A DNA stretch of 64,000 bases from Candidatus Latescibacterota bacterium (GTDB taxonomy: Bacteria; Latescibacterota; UBA2968): assembly GCA_965208125.1 (NCBI GenBank), contig OZ242320.1, positions 1,664,001 through 1,728,000 on the forward strand. Direction: 5' to 3'. The notes under the pieces are model-generated. The model searched no databases. It was not told the origin of the DNA and saw only the letters and a list, made by a program, of their open reading frames with translations. The position numbers and the translations under genes are program-made. Shown here one piece after another: positions 1 through 9,304 of the stretch; position 1 is the stretch's first letter; each line of letters opens with the position of its first letter.

Positions 1-1
1 C

Positions 2-502
2 AAACCATTTGCCTGTTGCTGTGCGTGTGATTGTGCAAGACTTAGGGATACCTAAGAGTGACCTGTGCTGGACAATGCGAATGCAACCAATACTGCTCAA
101 TCGCAAGCCCTTGTCGTCCAATCGGCATCCATTGGCAAACTGAGGATAGGTGATAGAATCATAGCGATTCTCATTCTTGTATCTGGGAAAGCCAGCTTTC
201 TCGCCTGTCTCTGACTTCTCTTTGAGACGCCGAAAGAATCCTTTGAATGCCAAATCTACTCTTGCTGACACTTGTTGCAACACTTGACTATATACTTGCT
301 TGAAAGCGGCGTGTTGTTGTTTTAACAATGGTATTGTTTTGGTCTGGTCATATTGCGAGAGAGACTTATTCTCATTTTTCCATGCTTGTATTCTGGCACA
401 GAGTAGTTGATTATAGAGAATACGACATTCGTCAATATGCGCCAGCAAGATTTGTTCTTGCTTTTTGGTCGGACGCAATCTGTATTTTAATGACTTAACC
501 AT
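2..502 (-). CDS. tnpB: IS200/IS605-family RNA-guided endonuclease TnpB, N-terminal part (runs off the window start)
   Basis: Not in the ORF track. Manual translation from ATG 502 gives MVKSLKYRLRPTKKQEQILLAHIDECRILYNQLL...VYSQVLQQVSARVDLAFKGFFRR...KAGFPRYK...YDSITYPQ...CTITRTATGKWF, the typical TnpB N-terminal pattern. Open to the window edge. Confidence 0.9.
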   Translation of the reverse strand, partial: MVKSLKYRLRPTKKQEQILLAHIDECRILYNQLLCARIQAWKNENKSLSQYDQTKTIPLLKQQHAAFKQVYSQVLQQVSARVDLAFKGFFRRLKEKSETGEKAGFPRYKNENRYDSITYPQFANGCRLDDKGLRLSSIGCIRIVQHRSLLGIPKSCTITRTATGKWF

Positions 503-508
503 AATAAA

Positions 509-537
509 AATATATACTTATATGCATTTTTTGTCAA
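509..537 (-). promoter_or_regulatory. sigma70-type promoter of tnpB
   Basis: Minus strand reads TTGACA(537-532)-17 nt-TATATT(514-509), just upstream of ATG 502 (nearly leaderless). Confidence 0.55.
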
Positions 538-624
538 GATTTTTATCGCTAAAGCAATACCAAAATCACAAGCCCTCATATCCCAACGCTAAAGCTGTTG
601 GGTTTTACGGGCTGTTTGATAAGG

Positions 625-653
625 TTGCGTAAAATTGCAACATTTGCTATAAT
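625..653 (+). promoter_or_regulatory. sigma70-type promoter of vapBC
   Basis: TTGCGT(625-630)-17 nt-TATAAT(648-653). Confidence 0.55.
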
Positions 654-689
654 TTATTGCTTCCATGACATCATTAAAGGATTTTAGCC

Positions 690-944
690 ATGAATAAAAT
701 GATAAAAACAAAAGTAACAGCGCAAGGCGTTTTGATCCCTCGGCAGTTGTTAGAAGGAATTGAGGAAGTTGAAATAAAAAAAGAAAATGATGTGATTACA
801 ATTATGCCGACGGGACAGATGAACGCCTGCGGTAGTAGTACACAGCTTGATCCCATTTGGAATCTGGGTGAAAATCCAGTCGAATGTGGTATTTCAGATG
901 CTTCCGAACAGCATGACAAATATTTGTATGACACATCTTCATGA
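690..944 (+). CDS. Putative antitoxin (AbrB/VapB-like)
   Basis: 84 aa with an AbrB-like N-terminus (KVTAQGVLIPRQLL) and a C-terminal ISDASEQHDKYLY motif seen in VapB partners. Overlaps the PIN gene (ATGA). Confidence 0.7.
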   Translation: MNKMIKTKVTAQGVLIPRQLLEGIEEVEIKKENDVITIMPTGQMNACGSSTQLDPIWNLGENPVECGISDASEQHDKYLYDTSS

Positions 945-1354
945 ACACAAATATATTCTTTCTTGATACAGGTTATCTCATTGCCCTTGAAGCTTCTAAC
1001 GACAAAAATCATACACGCGCAAAAAATCATTGGCGAACTTTTATTCGCACACGCCCGTCTTTAGTGACCACCTCCTTTGTTTTCGATGAGGTGGTCACTT
1101 TTTTTAATAGTCGAAATCGACACGAAAAGGCCGTTGAAGTTGGCTCGCACCTCTTGAATAGTCCTTCTGTTCAGCTAATCCAGGTGGATGACGCCCTTTT
1201 TCGCAAAGGTTGGGAATATTTCGAGCAACATTCAGATAAGCTCTACTCTTTGACAGATTGCATTTCATTTGTTGTTATGCAGCAACGGAAAATTCAGACT
1301 GCCCTAACTTTTGATAGGCATTTTACGCAAGCCAATTTTTTGACCATTCCCTAA
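941..1354 (+). CDS. vapC: PIN-domain toxin VapC
   Basis: FFLDTGYLIAL, VFDEVV, SLTDCISF and LTFDRHF acidic PIN motifs. Confidence 0.9.
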   Translation: MNTNIFFLDTGYLIALEASNDKNHTRAKNHWRTFIRTRPSLVTTSFVFDEVVTFFNSRNRHEKAVEVGSHLLNSPSVQLIQVDDALFRKGWEYFEQHSDKLYSLTDCISFVVMQQRKIQTALTFDRHFTQANFLTIP

Positions 1355-1583
1355 ATCTCCTGAAAGTGGCATACTACAGGCGTATATGGTGCGCGGTTGG
1401 CTTTGAGTAGGACTAAGCGGCCACCGTACAAACACTCGCCCTGCTATACGAAGCATTGCCCCGGCGATTCACAACATCGCACCCGTGGCGATTCGGATGG
1501 AGCAACAGGGCGTTCTGGCAATGCCGCGTGATCAAAAAAGCATTGACCGCATTGCCACACACCAGCACAGGAGCACATCAACC

Positions 1584-2708
1584 ATGAAAATCACCGATGT
1601 AGAAACCATCGTAATCAAAAACATCCAGCCCTATCGCGGGGGGCGATACTGGCTCTTTGTCCAGCTCATCACAGACGAAGGCATCGTGGGATTAGGCGAG
1701 CGCCCCTCGGGAAATGCCACCAATCTGGACGCCCAAATCAGCCTCATCAAAAACCTGTGTCAGCAATTCGCCATTGGCACAAGCCCCTTTGACATCGAAA
1801 GCCTGTGGCAGCGCATCTTTGCGTCCCGGCACGACTACCGACACCCCGGCCTCGACGCAACACCCGCCTTGAGCGCCATTGAAATGGCGTGTTGGGACAT
1901 CGTCGGCAGAGCACTGAACCAGCCCATCTACAACCTGCTCGGCGGCAGGGTCCACGACAAACTCAGGGCTTATGCCTATATGCCGACCGACGGCATCTGG
2001 GAAAATCCAGAACGCGCTGGCGAAATCGCAACCCGTCTGGTCGCGAATGGAAACACCGCCTGCAAATTCGACCCCTTCCACCCCATCTTTCCCCACCCGC
2101 GCGACTTCCCACTCAAAACCATCCGCCACGTCGCCAAAATATTCAAAAGCATCCGGGACGCAGTCGGCGACGAATTGGAAATCGGCATCGGCACCCACGG
2201 ACAATTCAGCACATCTGGCGCAATCCGCGTGGCAAAAGAACTGGAAGAATTCAGCCCCTTCTGGTTCGAAGAACCCGTCCCCCCGGAAAACATCGACGAA
2301 ATGGCCCGCGTCGCCGCTCATACCAGCATCCCAATAGCCACGGGCGAACGACTCGTCACCAAATACGAATTTGCCGAACTCCTGAAAAAACAGGCCGCGC
2401 AAATCCTCCAATTAGACGTGGGACAATGTGGCGGAATATTGGAATCTAAAAAAATCGCCAGCATGGCCGAAGCCCACTACGCCCTCATCGCGCCCCACAT
2501 GTATTGCGGTCCCGTCGCCGCAGCAGCCGCAGTGCAACTCGACACCTGCTCGCCGAACTTTCTGATCCAGGAATTCAACGCCAACGACCTCCACAGCGAA
2601 ATATTCGTAGAACCAATCCAATTTGAAAGCGGCTATATCACCCCACCGATAGGACCTGGTCTGGGGATTGAACTCGACGAATCAGTCGTCGCCAAACACC
2701 GTGTGTAA
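1584..2708 (+). CDS. Mandelate racemase / muconate lactonizing enzyme family protein (galactonate dehydratase-like)
   Basis: MKITDVET start after SD AGGAG; ITDEGIVGLGE, IEMACWDIVG, WFEEP, IATGERL, APH and PGLGIELD motifs. Confidence 0.9.
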   Translation: MKITDVETIVIKNIQPYRGGRYWLFVQLITDEGIVGLGERPSGNATNLDAQISLIKNLCQQFAIGTSPFDIESLWQRIFASRHDYRHPGLDATPALSAIEMACWDIVGRALNQPIYNLLGGRVHDKLRAYAYMPTDGIWENPERAGEIATRLVANGNTACKFDPFHPIFPHPRDFPLKTIRHVAKIFKSIRDAVGDELEIGIGTHGQFSTSGAIRVAKELEEFSPFWFEEPVPPENIDEMARVAAHTSIPIATGERLVTKYEFAELLKKQAAQILQLDVGQCGGILESKKIASMAEAHYALIAPHMYCGPVAAAAAVQLDTCSPNFLIQEFNANDLHSEIFVEPIQFESGYITPPIGPGLGIELDESVVAKHRV

Positions 2709-2722
2709 GGTTGCGTAAAAGC

Positions 2723-2756
2723 AAACGCCCCAGCATAGTTTTGCCGGGGCGTTTTT
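2723..2756 (+). terminator. Rho-independent terminator
   Basis: AAACGCCCC...GGGGCGTTTTT between convergent genes. Confidence 0.7.
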
Positions 2757-2787
2757 GTGTGCCAGGTAAACCAATTCTCAAACCCGT

Positions 2788-4584
2788 TCACCGAAACGCG
2801 ATGCGATAAGTCAACGTATTTTCAGCATCAATGCGAGCCATCACAACCTGGCGGTTGCCGGACTTGAAACCGGTATCGGATAAAGTGAGCGCGTTTTCGG
2901 TCTCAATACAGAGAGAAACATCACCACGCGGGAGAACCGCCCCGTTCTCTATTCTGTCCATATCCCCTTTCAGAAGCGGGAGAACCTCAGTAAATGCGCC
3001 GGGGTAGTGGACAGAAACAGTAATCGCATCGCTGGCAAAAAGAACCGTCTTGCTGCCGGTTTCGCCGAGGGAATAGGTGATCTCGAGATCGCCACTGGGC
3101 AGACCGCGGATACCGGGTCGCGGTATGACCGGAACCCCATCAATCCGAAAAGCAGCAGCAATATCGGCCTTTTCGCAGAGAGTATGATTGACAACCGTCC
3201 CCCAGGCTGCATGATCTGTATCCGTTTGAGACTGCAGAACAGCACCAGCGCGAGGATGCCAGAGCAACCCCAGCCCATACCGCTGTTGAGCACTCAGCAC
3301 AGGCCCCGTATTAAAAGCTGCGTAATAAGTTGGACGACGGACAAACGTAAAAACCACCGGGTGGCGGCTATCAACCCGCTGGTGTGTAAAGTGGTCTCGT
3401 GCGATATAGGGCAACATCGCAGTGGCCGCTTTTTTTTGATCCAGCGAGGGATACCATGTAATGTGATCCCGATGCAAAAACGCATAAGGCGTAAAAGCCC
3501 AAAATTCACCGACCTGGAGCGGCGCAACAGTCGGCCAATTGGCTTCAAGACGAGCGCGCGCATCTGCAATATCCCGTGCATGTGCTTCAGCCGTGCGCCC
3601 ATAAGCGCGGGGCAACTCGAGTACTTCACCGAGCGCAGTCGTGTCAATATCCCCAGAATTAGACCTCTCGGCACCGCCGAGATTGGCGCGATACTCAGTG
3701 AGAAAAGCTCTCTGCTGGCGGGTTTCAATACCGCGGTTGAGTGCGTAACCCGTGCCATCGGGTTCGCGCACCGCATTGTAGGAAAACCAATCGTACCAGC
3801 GCCGTTCTTTTTCCAGAAAAATGGACGCCCGATCCGTGCCGCGAGCATAGTGATACGCAACGTGGATATCGCTGTGGTGAGTCCCCAGAAAATAGCCCCA
3901 ATCGGGCCCGCTGCGCTCGTAAAAATAACCCGCTGGACTCTGAAATTCCGTCAAACTCTCTTCGAGACGCTGGTCGAGCAAATGCTCGAGTTCTGCATCG
4001 GGAAAGAGATCCAGATACGCCAGCGCACCACCCCAGGCATTGGCGTACTGATTGGTAAAGTTGCGACCGTGGGTTTGCAATTCGTCCAGAGTAAAAGTGG
4101 CATAGAGCGCTTTGCGGTCAGCAGCGATAACGCGCGCGTGCAGAGCTGAATCAATGGCCGGACCGCTGTCGAGTAAATGGAGGGTTTGCCCCATAAATTT
4201 TGTGGCAAAAGCAGTGGCGGCGAGATTCCAATTGCCGGGACCGTACTCGCTAAAACGCCCATCCCCATTTTGAATGCCACACCAGAAATCAAGAGCAGCC
4301 TCAAGACGCTGGCGCAGGTCGGGTTGTGCGTAAAACACATTCCACGGGCGGTCAGTGCAAAAAAAGAAAGCCAGCGAGAGAATATTTTCCATAATACGCG
4401 CATTGTGCGGTTTGTTGTCCTTCGGATTTCGCCAGACCGAAATATTGATAAAGCCGCGATCGGGGCCGTCCATTTCAACCGCATTGACAACGCGGTGAAA
4501 ATGCGACAAATAATAAGGCAAATCGAGTTCGCTATCGGCAAAGTCAGTTGGTGAAAAATCAGCAATCGGCGCGGGATTAAGCAT
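2788..4584 (-). CDS. Hypothetical protein, possibly alpha/alpha-toroid plus beta-sandwich (heparinase/lyase-like architecture)
   Basis: 598-aa ORF with SD GGAG; helical Trp/Tyr-rich N-half and beta-rich C-half. Fold call is tentative. Confidence 0.6.
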   Translation of the reverse strand: MLNPAPIADFSPTDFADSELDLPYYLSHFHRVVNAVEMDGPDRGFINISVWRNPKDNKPHNARIMENILSLAFFFCTDRPWNVFYAQPDLRQRLEAALDFWCGIQNGDGRFSEYGPGNWNLAATAFATKFMGQTLHLLDSGPAIDSALHARVIAADRKALYATFTLDELQTHGRNFTNQYANAWGGALAYLDLFPDAELEHLLDQRLEESLTEFQSPAGYFYERSGPDWGYFLGTHHSDIHVAYHYARGTDRASIFLEKERRWYDWFSYNAVREPDGTGYALNRGIETRQQRAFLTEYRANLGGAERSNSGDIDTTALGEVLELPRAYGRTAEAHARDIADARARLEANWPTVAPLQVGEFWAFTPYAFLHRDHITWYPSLDQKKAATAMLPYIARDHFTHQRVDSRHPVVFTFVRRPTYYAAFNTGPVLSAQQRYGLGLLWHPRAGAVLQSQTDTDHAAWGTVVNHTLCEKADIAAAFRIDGVPVIPRPGIRGLPSGDLEITYSLGETGSKTVLFASDAITVSVHYPGAFTEVLPLLKGDMDRIENGAVLPRGDVSLCIETENALTLSDTGFKSGNRQVVMARIDAENTLTYRIAFR

Positions 4585-4637
4585 GAATCAACTCCTTTGG
4601 GCAATGATTCGTCGAAGAGAGGAAACCATTAAAAAAT

Positions 4638-4672
4638 AAAAAAGCGGTGATCCGAAGACCACCGCTTTTTTG
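4638..4672 (-). terminator. Rho-independent terminator (bidirectional-looking)
   Basis: AAAAAGCGGTG...CACCGCTTTTTT downstream of the HtrA-like gene. Confidence 0.75.
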
Positions 4673-4687
4673 CGTTTAGATGAACAC

Positions 4688-5806
4688 TTACTTATTGCGA
4701 TGTAAAATCTGCCACAAACGCCCGAATTCGCGTTGCAAATAACTCATGTGTTGATAAACCGCTGCATCTTCTGGCTCTATCAGAGGTGCTGGACGCAAAG
4801 CGACCAGAGCAGCGCTATCCATCTGATCCAGCTCGACCTGTATCGCCACCACCTGTCCCTCGCGTCGAATACCTATCGTTGCGGTCTCGCCCGGTGTACT
4901 TTCCAGCACCATCCGCTTCAAATGCACCGGACCAGCAATGGCACGTCCGCGATATGAAAGCACCACATCGCCCGGCCGAATCCCGCCCTCAGTTGCGGGA
5001 CTATTGGCCTGCACATTGACCACCACCACCTCGTTGTCCCGTGGTGCAACCTCCACACCCAATTTGCCATACGCCACCTGCCCATGTGCGACCAATGCAC
5101 GCGCCACCCGCATCGCGCGATTGATCGGAATGACAAAAACTGACGACGGCATGGAACCCCAGCCAAATAGCGGGCTATTGTCTTGTGCAACGGCGCGAAC
5201 CGGGTCTTCATAGCGCCACACCATACCCCCAACCCGTCCATTGCTGCAAAACACAGGTGCCCCGCCATAACTGCTCTGCACGCGGGCCGACACCTGAAAC
5301 AAATCCGTATCCCGGTAAATTTCATGCACCATCCCAACAGAAGGCACCAGATTGCCAAAGTCATTCCCCAACAAAAGGGCGTAATGCCCAATTTTAATAT
5401 GCTGTGAATCTCCCACCACAACCGTGGGCAAATTTTCTGCCTCAACGCGAATAACAGCAATCCCCGAAATCGGATCTACCCCTACAAGCGCAGCTCGCAC
5501 CTGCACGCCAGAAGCGAGCGTCACCCGAATCTCATCGGCATCTGCAATAGCGGCTTCAATCGTTAAAATATAACCCTGGGGATCAAAAATAAACCCCGTA
5601 CCGTGGGTAAACACCGAACCAAACGGCCCGCTATCTGCCCGCGCACGGGGGGGATACAGCGTGTGAATCCGCACCACACTCTGCCGATTATCTTCCAAAA
5701 TTGCCGCAATTTCCTCTTCAAGCGCGCACAATAGGCTGCGTTCTTCCGTCCATCCCTTGCCCCCAACAAGCAGGCAAAACACCATTGCGCAACACAAAGA
5801 TCTCAT
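4688..5806 (-). CDS. HtrA/DegP-like trypsin-fold plus PDZ protein, catalytic triad apparently lost
   Basis: Signal peptide, GTGFIFDPQGYILT, PDZ (LGVEV...SPATEGGIRPGDVVL). The expected TNxH, D-(I/L)AV and GNSGG motifs read TIEA, G-IAV and SSYGG. Alternative start at 5842. Confidence 0.85.
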   Translation of the reverse strand: MRSLCCAMVFCLLVGGKGWTEERSLLCALEEEIAAILEDNRQSVVRIHTLYPPRARADSGPFGSVFTHGTGFIFDPQGYILTIEAAIADADEIRVTLASGVQVRAALVGVDPISGIAVIRVEAENLPTVVVGDSQHIKIGHYALLLGNDFGNLVPSVGMVHEIYRDTDLFQVSARVQSSYGGAPVFCSNGRVGGMVWRYEDPVRAVAQDNSPLFGWGSMPSSVFVIPINRAMRVARALVAHGQVAYGKLGVEVAPRDNEVVVVNVQANSPATEGGIRPGDVVLSYRGRAIAGPVHLKRMVLESTPGETATIGIRREGQVVAIQVELDQMDSAALVALRPAPLIEPEDAAVYQHMSYLQREFGRLWQILHRNK

Positions 5807-5838
5807 GATCCCGCCTCTCTCCACTTGTCGAGTCAACG

Positions 5839-6432
5839 TCAAAATGAATACGAAACGGGAACCTGTTTCACGCGGCGCAGATCGCGCATATCCGATGGCC
5901 GCTGCTTCAACTGCAATGCGGAATCCACACGCGCCGAGTCCCGATAATGACGAGAATCCAGACTATAAGACTCCTTGGACAAACGCTCCAATTCCAGAGC
6001 ACCTACATCAACATTTGGCAATCTCTCGCCTGGCATCAGTGGAATTTCCCGCTCCACTGCCACTTGCGGGATAGGTGTTGTATCGCTATAGAAAACCATC
6101 TGGGTCAACCCCAGACCGATCACCACAGCCGCAGCCAGCGTTGTAATAGTCCGCGAGATAGAAGAGAACATTGTGCGCCGCGCTTTGTGTAAAAGCTGTT
6201 TTTCTTTTGCCATAGCCATAGCCAAATGGCTACGCAGGGTAAAATCAAACTCAGCCGATGGTCGAACCCGTGGCAATTGCGCCATACGCTCTTTCAAGGC
6301 TTGCACATCGGCTAACAAAACGCGACAATGCTCGCACTCGGCAGCTTTGCGCTCCATTTCTGCCATTTCAACCGGACTCATTTCACCATCTACATAAGCC
6401 GAAACTCGCGCTTCAAAATCAGTAACGGTCAT
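5839..6432 (-). CDS. Membrane anti-sigma factor (zf-HC2/ZAS-like)
   Basis: VSAYVDGEM...ECEHC, one TM helix, directly downstream of the ECF sigma gene. Confidence 0.8.
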   Translation of the reverse strand: MTVTDFEARVSAYVDGEMSPVEMAEMERKAAECEHCRVLLADVQALKERMAQLPRVRPSAEFDFTLRSHLAMAMAKEKQLLHKARRTMFSSISRTITTLAAAVVIGLGLTQMVFYSDTTPIPQVAVEREIPLMPGERLPNVDVGALELERLSKESYSLDSRHYRDSARVDSALQLKQRPSDMRDLRRVKQVPVSYSF

Positions 6433-6470
6433 GTCTATATTTAACCTCCGAGCAGGGTTTCCACGATATC

Positions 6471-7082
6471 TTAGACATTCAGGCCCACATCCCGACCTTC
6501 ATTTTTCAATTTTTGTTGTAATTTTAAGCGCCCGCGATTGACGCGCGATTTCACCGTCCCAACCGGACACTTCACAATTTCAGAAATTTCATAATACGAC
6601 ATACCTTCCACATCGCGCAACAAAATCACCTGACGGTAATTATCGGGCAGGGAAGCAATAGCACTCTGAATCTCCACATCGGCCAGAGAAGATTCCGCCA
6701 TGCGATCGGGACGCATAGATTCATCGGGCAAATCCATGCCCGTATCTGACTCCTCATCTCGATCCAGTGAAAACAACCGCCATCGCTTGCGCCTTCTCAG
6801 TTCACTTTTAGCCAAATTTCCGGCAATCGTAAACAGCCATGTAGAAAAATTGGCAATTGCACGATATTCCTCGCGCTTTCCAAACGCACGCAAAAACGCC
6901 TCTTGTACGATATCTTCTGCTGTTTCCCGATCGCCCACAAAGCGAAAAACAAAATTGTACAACCGCCCTTGATAGCGCCGCACAATTTTTCCATAAGCAT
7001 CAATATCTCCAGCGGATACCTCAGCTAAAATATCTATATCTGATTGTTCGCTCAGTCCATATCTCGAATTTGCCATAAGCAT
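6471..7082 (-). CDS. ECF RNA polymerase sigma factor (RpoE/SigW-like)
   Basis: [34 protein letters not shown] and [13 protein letters not shown] motifs; start chosen by SD GGGAGG. Confidence 0.92.
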   Translation of the reverse strand: MLMANSRYGLSEQSDIDILAEVSAGDIDAYGKIVRRYQGRLYNFVFRFVGDRETAEDIVQEAFLRAFGKREEYRAIANFSTWLFTIAGNLAKSELRRRKRWRLFSLDRDEESDTGMDLPDESMRPDRMAESSLADVEIQSAIASLPDNYRQVILLRDVEGMSYYEISEIVKCPVGTVKSRVNRGRLKLQQKLKNEGRDVGLNV

Positions 7083-7288
7083 GGAATCCCTCCCCTTCGG
7101 GCATGTATTCCCCTCCCTTCCCAAAGCTTTACATCCTCAATCCTACTATTAAACCCTTCACACGCCCTCAGGGTTCCCAAAAATACGCGCCGCCTGTTTT
7201 TCCGCATTGCGCCTTCATCAATCCCGTCTTATATTCAACATCCCCAAATCCTAAAATGACGACATTCATAAGAAAGCGAGGAACCCCG

Positions 7289-9283
7289 ATGGCAGCAAAT
7301 CAGGTGGTCGAACAAAACGGACAATACATCCCACCGGAAAATCTCAGCACCAATGCACATGTCCCCAGCATAGATGCCTATGGGAAACAATACGAAAAAT
7401 CGATTGCCGATCCCGAAGCATTCTGGGCAGAAATCGCCAATACATTTCACTGGTACAAAAAATGGGACACCGTGCGGTCCTACAACTACAATATAGATAA
7501 CGGACCAATCTCTATCAAGTGGTTTGAAGGAGCCAAAACCAACATCACGCACAACTGCATCGACCGTCACCTCGCGTCTCGAGGAGATCAAATCGCCATC
7601 TTATGGGAAGGCAATGAGCCGGGTGAAGACGCCAAACTCACCTATAGTGAACTGCACGAACAAGTCTGCAAATTTGCCAATGTACTCAAATCCCGAGGCG
7701 TAAAAAAAGGCGACTGCGTCTCCATCTACATGCCCATGATTCCCGAACTCGCCATTGCCATGCTGGCCTGCGCACGCATCGGCGCCGTCCACTCCATCGT
7801 CTTTGGCGGCTTCTCCGCCGAAGCACTGGCAGACCGCATCGTCGATTCCGCCTGTCAGATCGTACTCACCACAGATGGCATGTTCCGCGGCGACCGCCCC
7901 ATGGAACGCAAGCAACCCGCCGACGAAGCCATTGCACTGGCCAACTCGCGCATGGGGAACACCAGCGTTCACACCTGCATCGTCGTCCAGCGCGTGGGCG
8001 AAGACAGTGGCATCGCATGCCCCATGCGTGAAGGACGCGACTTATGGTGGCACGAAGCCATGTCAGAAGCGGATGCCGACTGTCCATGCGAAGAAATGGA
8101 CGCCGAAGACCCCCTCTTCATCCTCTACACATCTGGCTCCACGGGCAAACCCAAAGGCGTGCAGCACAACGTGGGTGGCTACATGGTGTACACGGGTTAC
8201 ACGCACAAAAACGTCTTTGACTATCAAGAAGGCGACATTTACTTTTGCGCCGCTGACATAGGCTGGGTCACAGGCCACTCCTACATCATCTACGGCCCCC
8301 TATCAAATGCCGCCACCACCATTATGTTTGAAAGCACACCTGTATATCCCGATCCAGGCCGATATTGGCAGGTCATCGACAAATACAAAGTCAACCAATT
8401 CTACACCGCGCCCACAGCCATACGCGCCCTCACCCGAGAAGGCGACGAATGGCCCGCCAAATACGACCTGTCATCCCTCAAAATACTCGGCACCGTAGGC
8501 GAACCCATCAATCCCGAAGCCTGGCAATGGTATCACCGCAATGTCGGGCGCGAGCGGTGTCCCATCGTAGATACCTGGTGGCAAACCGAAACCGGGGGCA
8601 TCCTTATCAGCCCCCTGCCCGGCGCAACCCCCACCAAACCCGGATCGGCGACCTTTCCCCTCTACGGCATCAAACCCGTCGTCCTCGAACCCGAATCGGG
8701 CAAAATCGTCGAAGGCAATGGCGTCGATGGCGTACTCGCCATCGCAGAACCCTGGCCGGGACAAATGCGCACCGTCTATGGCGATCACAAACGCTTTGAA
8801 GAAACCTACTTTCAGCAATACAAAGGCTTCTACTTCACCGGTGACGGCTGCCGCCGCGACGAAGACGGCTACTATTGGATCACCGGCCGCGTAGATGACG
8901 TCATCAACATCTCGGGCCACCGCATGGGCACCGCCGAAGTCGAAAGCGCCCTGGTCTCACACGGAAAAGTGGCCGAAGCCGCCGTGGTCGGTTTCCCGCA
9001 CGAAATCAAAGGACAGGGCATCTATGCCTACGTCACCCTCAATGTGGGCGAAGCCTATACCGACGACCTCAAAGCCGAACTCGTCCAACAAGTCCGCACC
9101 GAAATCGGCCCCATCGCCACCCCAGACGTAATCCACTGGGCACCGGGCTTGCCCAAAACGCGATCGGGCAAAATCATGCGCCGCATCCTGCGCAAAATCG
9201 CCGAAGACGACACCTCGGACCTCGGCGACACCTCCACCCTCGCCGACCCAACCGTCGTTGACGACCTCCTCGCCAACCGGTAG
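7289..9283 (+). CDS. acs: Acetyl-CoA synthetase
   Basis: [28 protein letters not shown] and [11 protein letters not shown] motifs; ATG 7289 after SD GAGG. Confidence 0.97.
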   Translation: MAANQVVEQNGQYIPPENLSTNAHVPSIDAYGKQYEKSIADPEAFWAEIANTFHWYKKWDTVRSYNYNIDNGPISIKWFEGAKTNITHNCIDRHLASRGDQIAILWEGNEPGEDAKLTYSELHEQVCKFANVLKSRGVKKGDCVSIYMPMIPELAIAMLACARIGAVHSIVFGGFSAEALADRIVDSACQIVLTTDGMFRGDRPMERKQPADEAIALANSRMGNTSVHTCIVVQRVGEDSGIACPMREGRDLWWHEAMSEADADCPCEEMDAEDPLFILYTSGSTGKPKGVQHNVGGYMVYTGYTHKNVFDYQEGDIYFCAADIGWVTGHSYIIYGPLSNAATTIMFESTPVYPDPGRYWQVIDKYKVNQFYTAPTAIRALTREGDEWPAKYDLSSLKILGTVGEPINPEAWQWYHRNVGRERCPIVDTWWQTETGGILISPLPGATPTKPGSATFPLYGIKPVVLEPESGKIVEGNGVDGVLAIAEPWPGQMRTVYGDHKRFEETYFQQYKGFYFTGDGCRRDEDGYYWITGRVDDVINISGHRMGTAEVESALVSHGKVAEAAVVGFPHEIKGQGIYAYVTLNVGEAYTDDLKAELVQQVRTEIGPIATPDVIHWAPGLPKTRSGKIMRRILRKIAEDDTSDLGDTSTLADPTVVDDLLANR

Positions 9284-9304
9284 GAACAAAAAAGGCGGTG
9301 TGAG

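Larger units (their letters stand above)
1..619 (-). mobile_element. IS200/IS605 (IS1341-like, tnpB-only at this end) element, left part
   Basis: tnpB plus a subterminal hairpin: AGCCC(571-575)...CCCAAC-GCTAAAGCT-GTTGGG(582-602)...GGGCT(609-613), typical of IS605 ends. No tnpA between the hairpin and tnpB. Confidence 0.7.

Noticed and set aside
1355-1583. Possible gene remnant or N-terminal extension before the enolase-family gene
   Set aside because: No recognisable motif; the SD supports ATG 1584.
3007-4149. Long opposite-strand ORFs (e.g. 3007..4149 +, 20117..21478 +, 50048..50869 +)
   Set aside because: Antisense to well-supported genes and without recognisable motifs.
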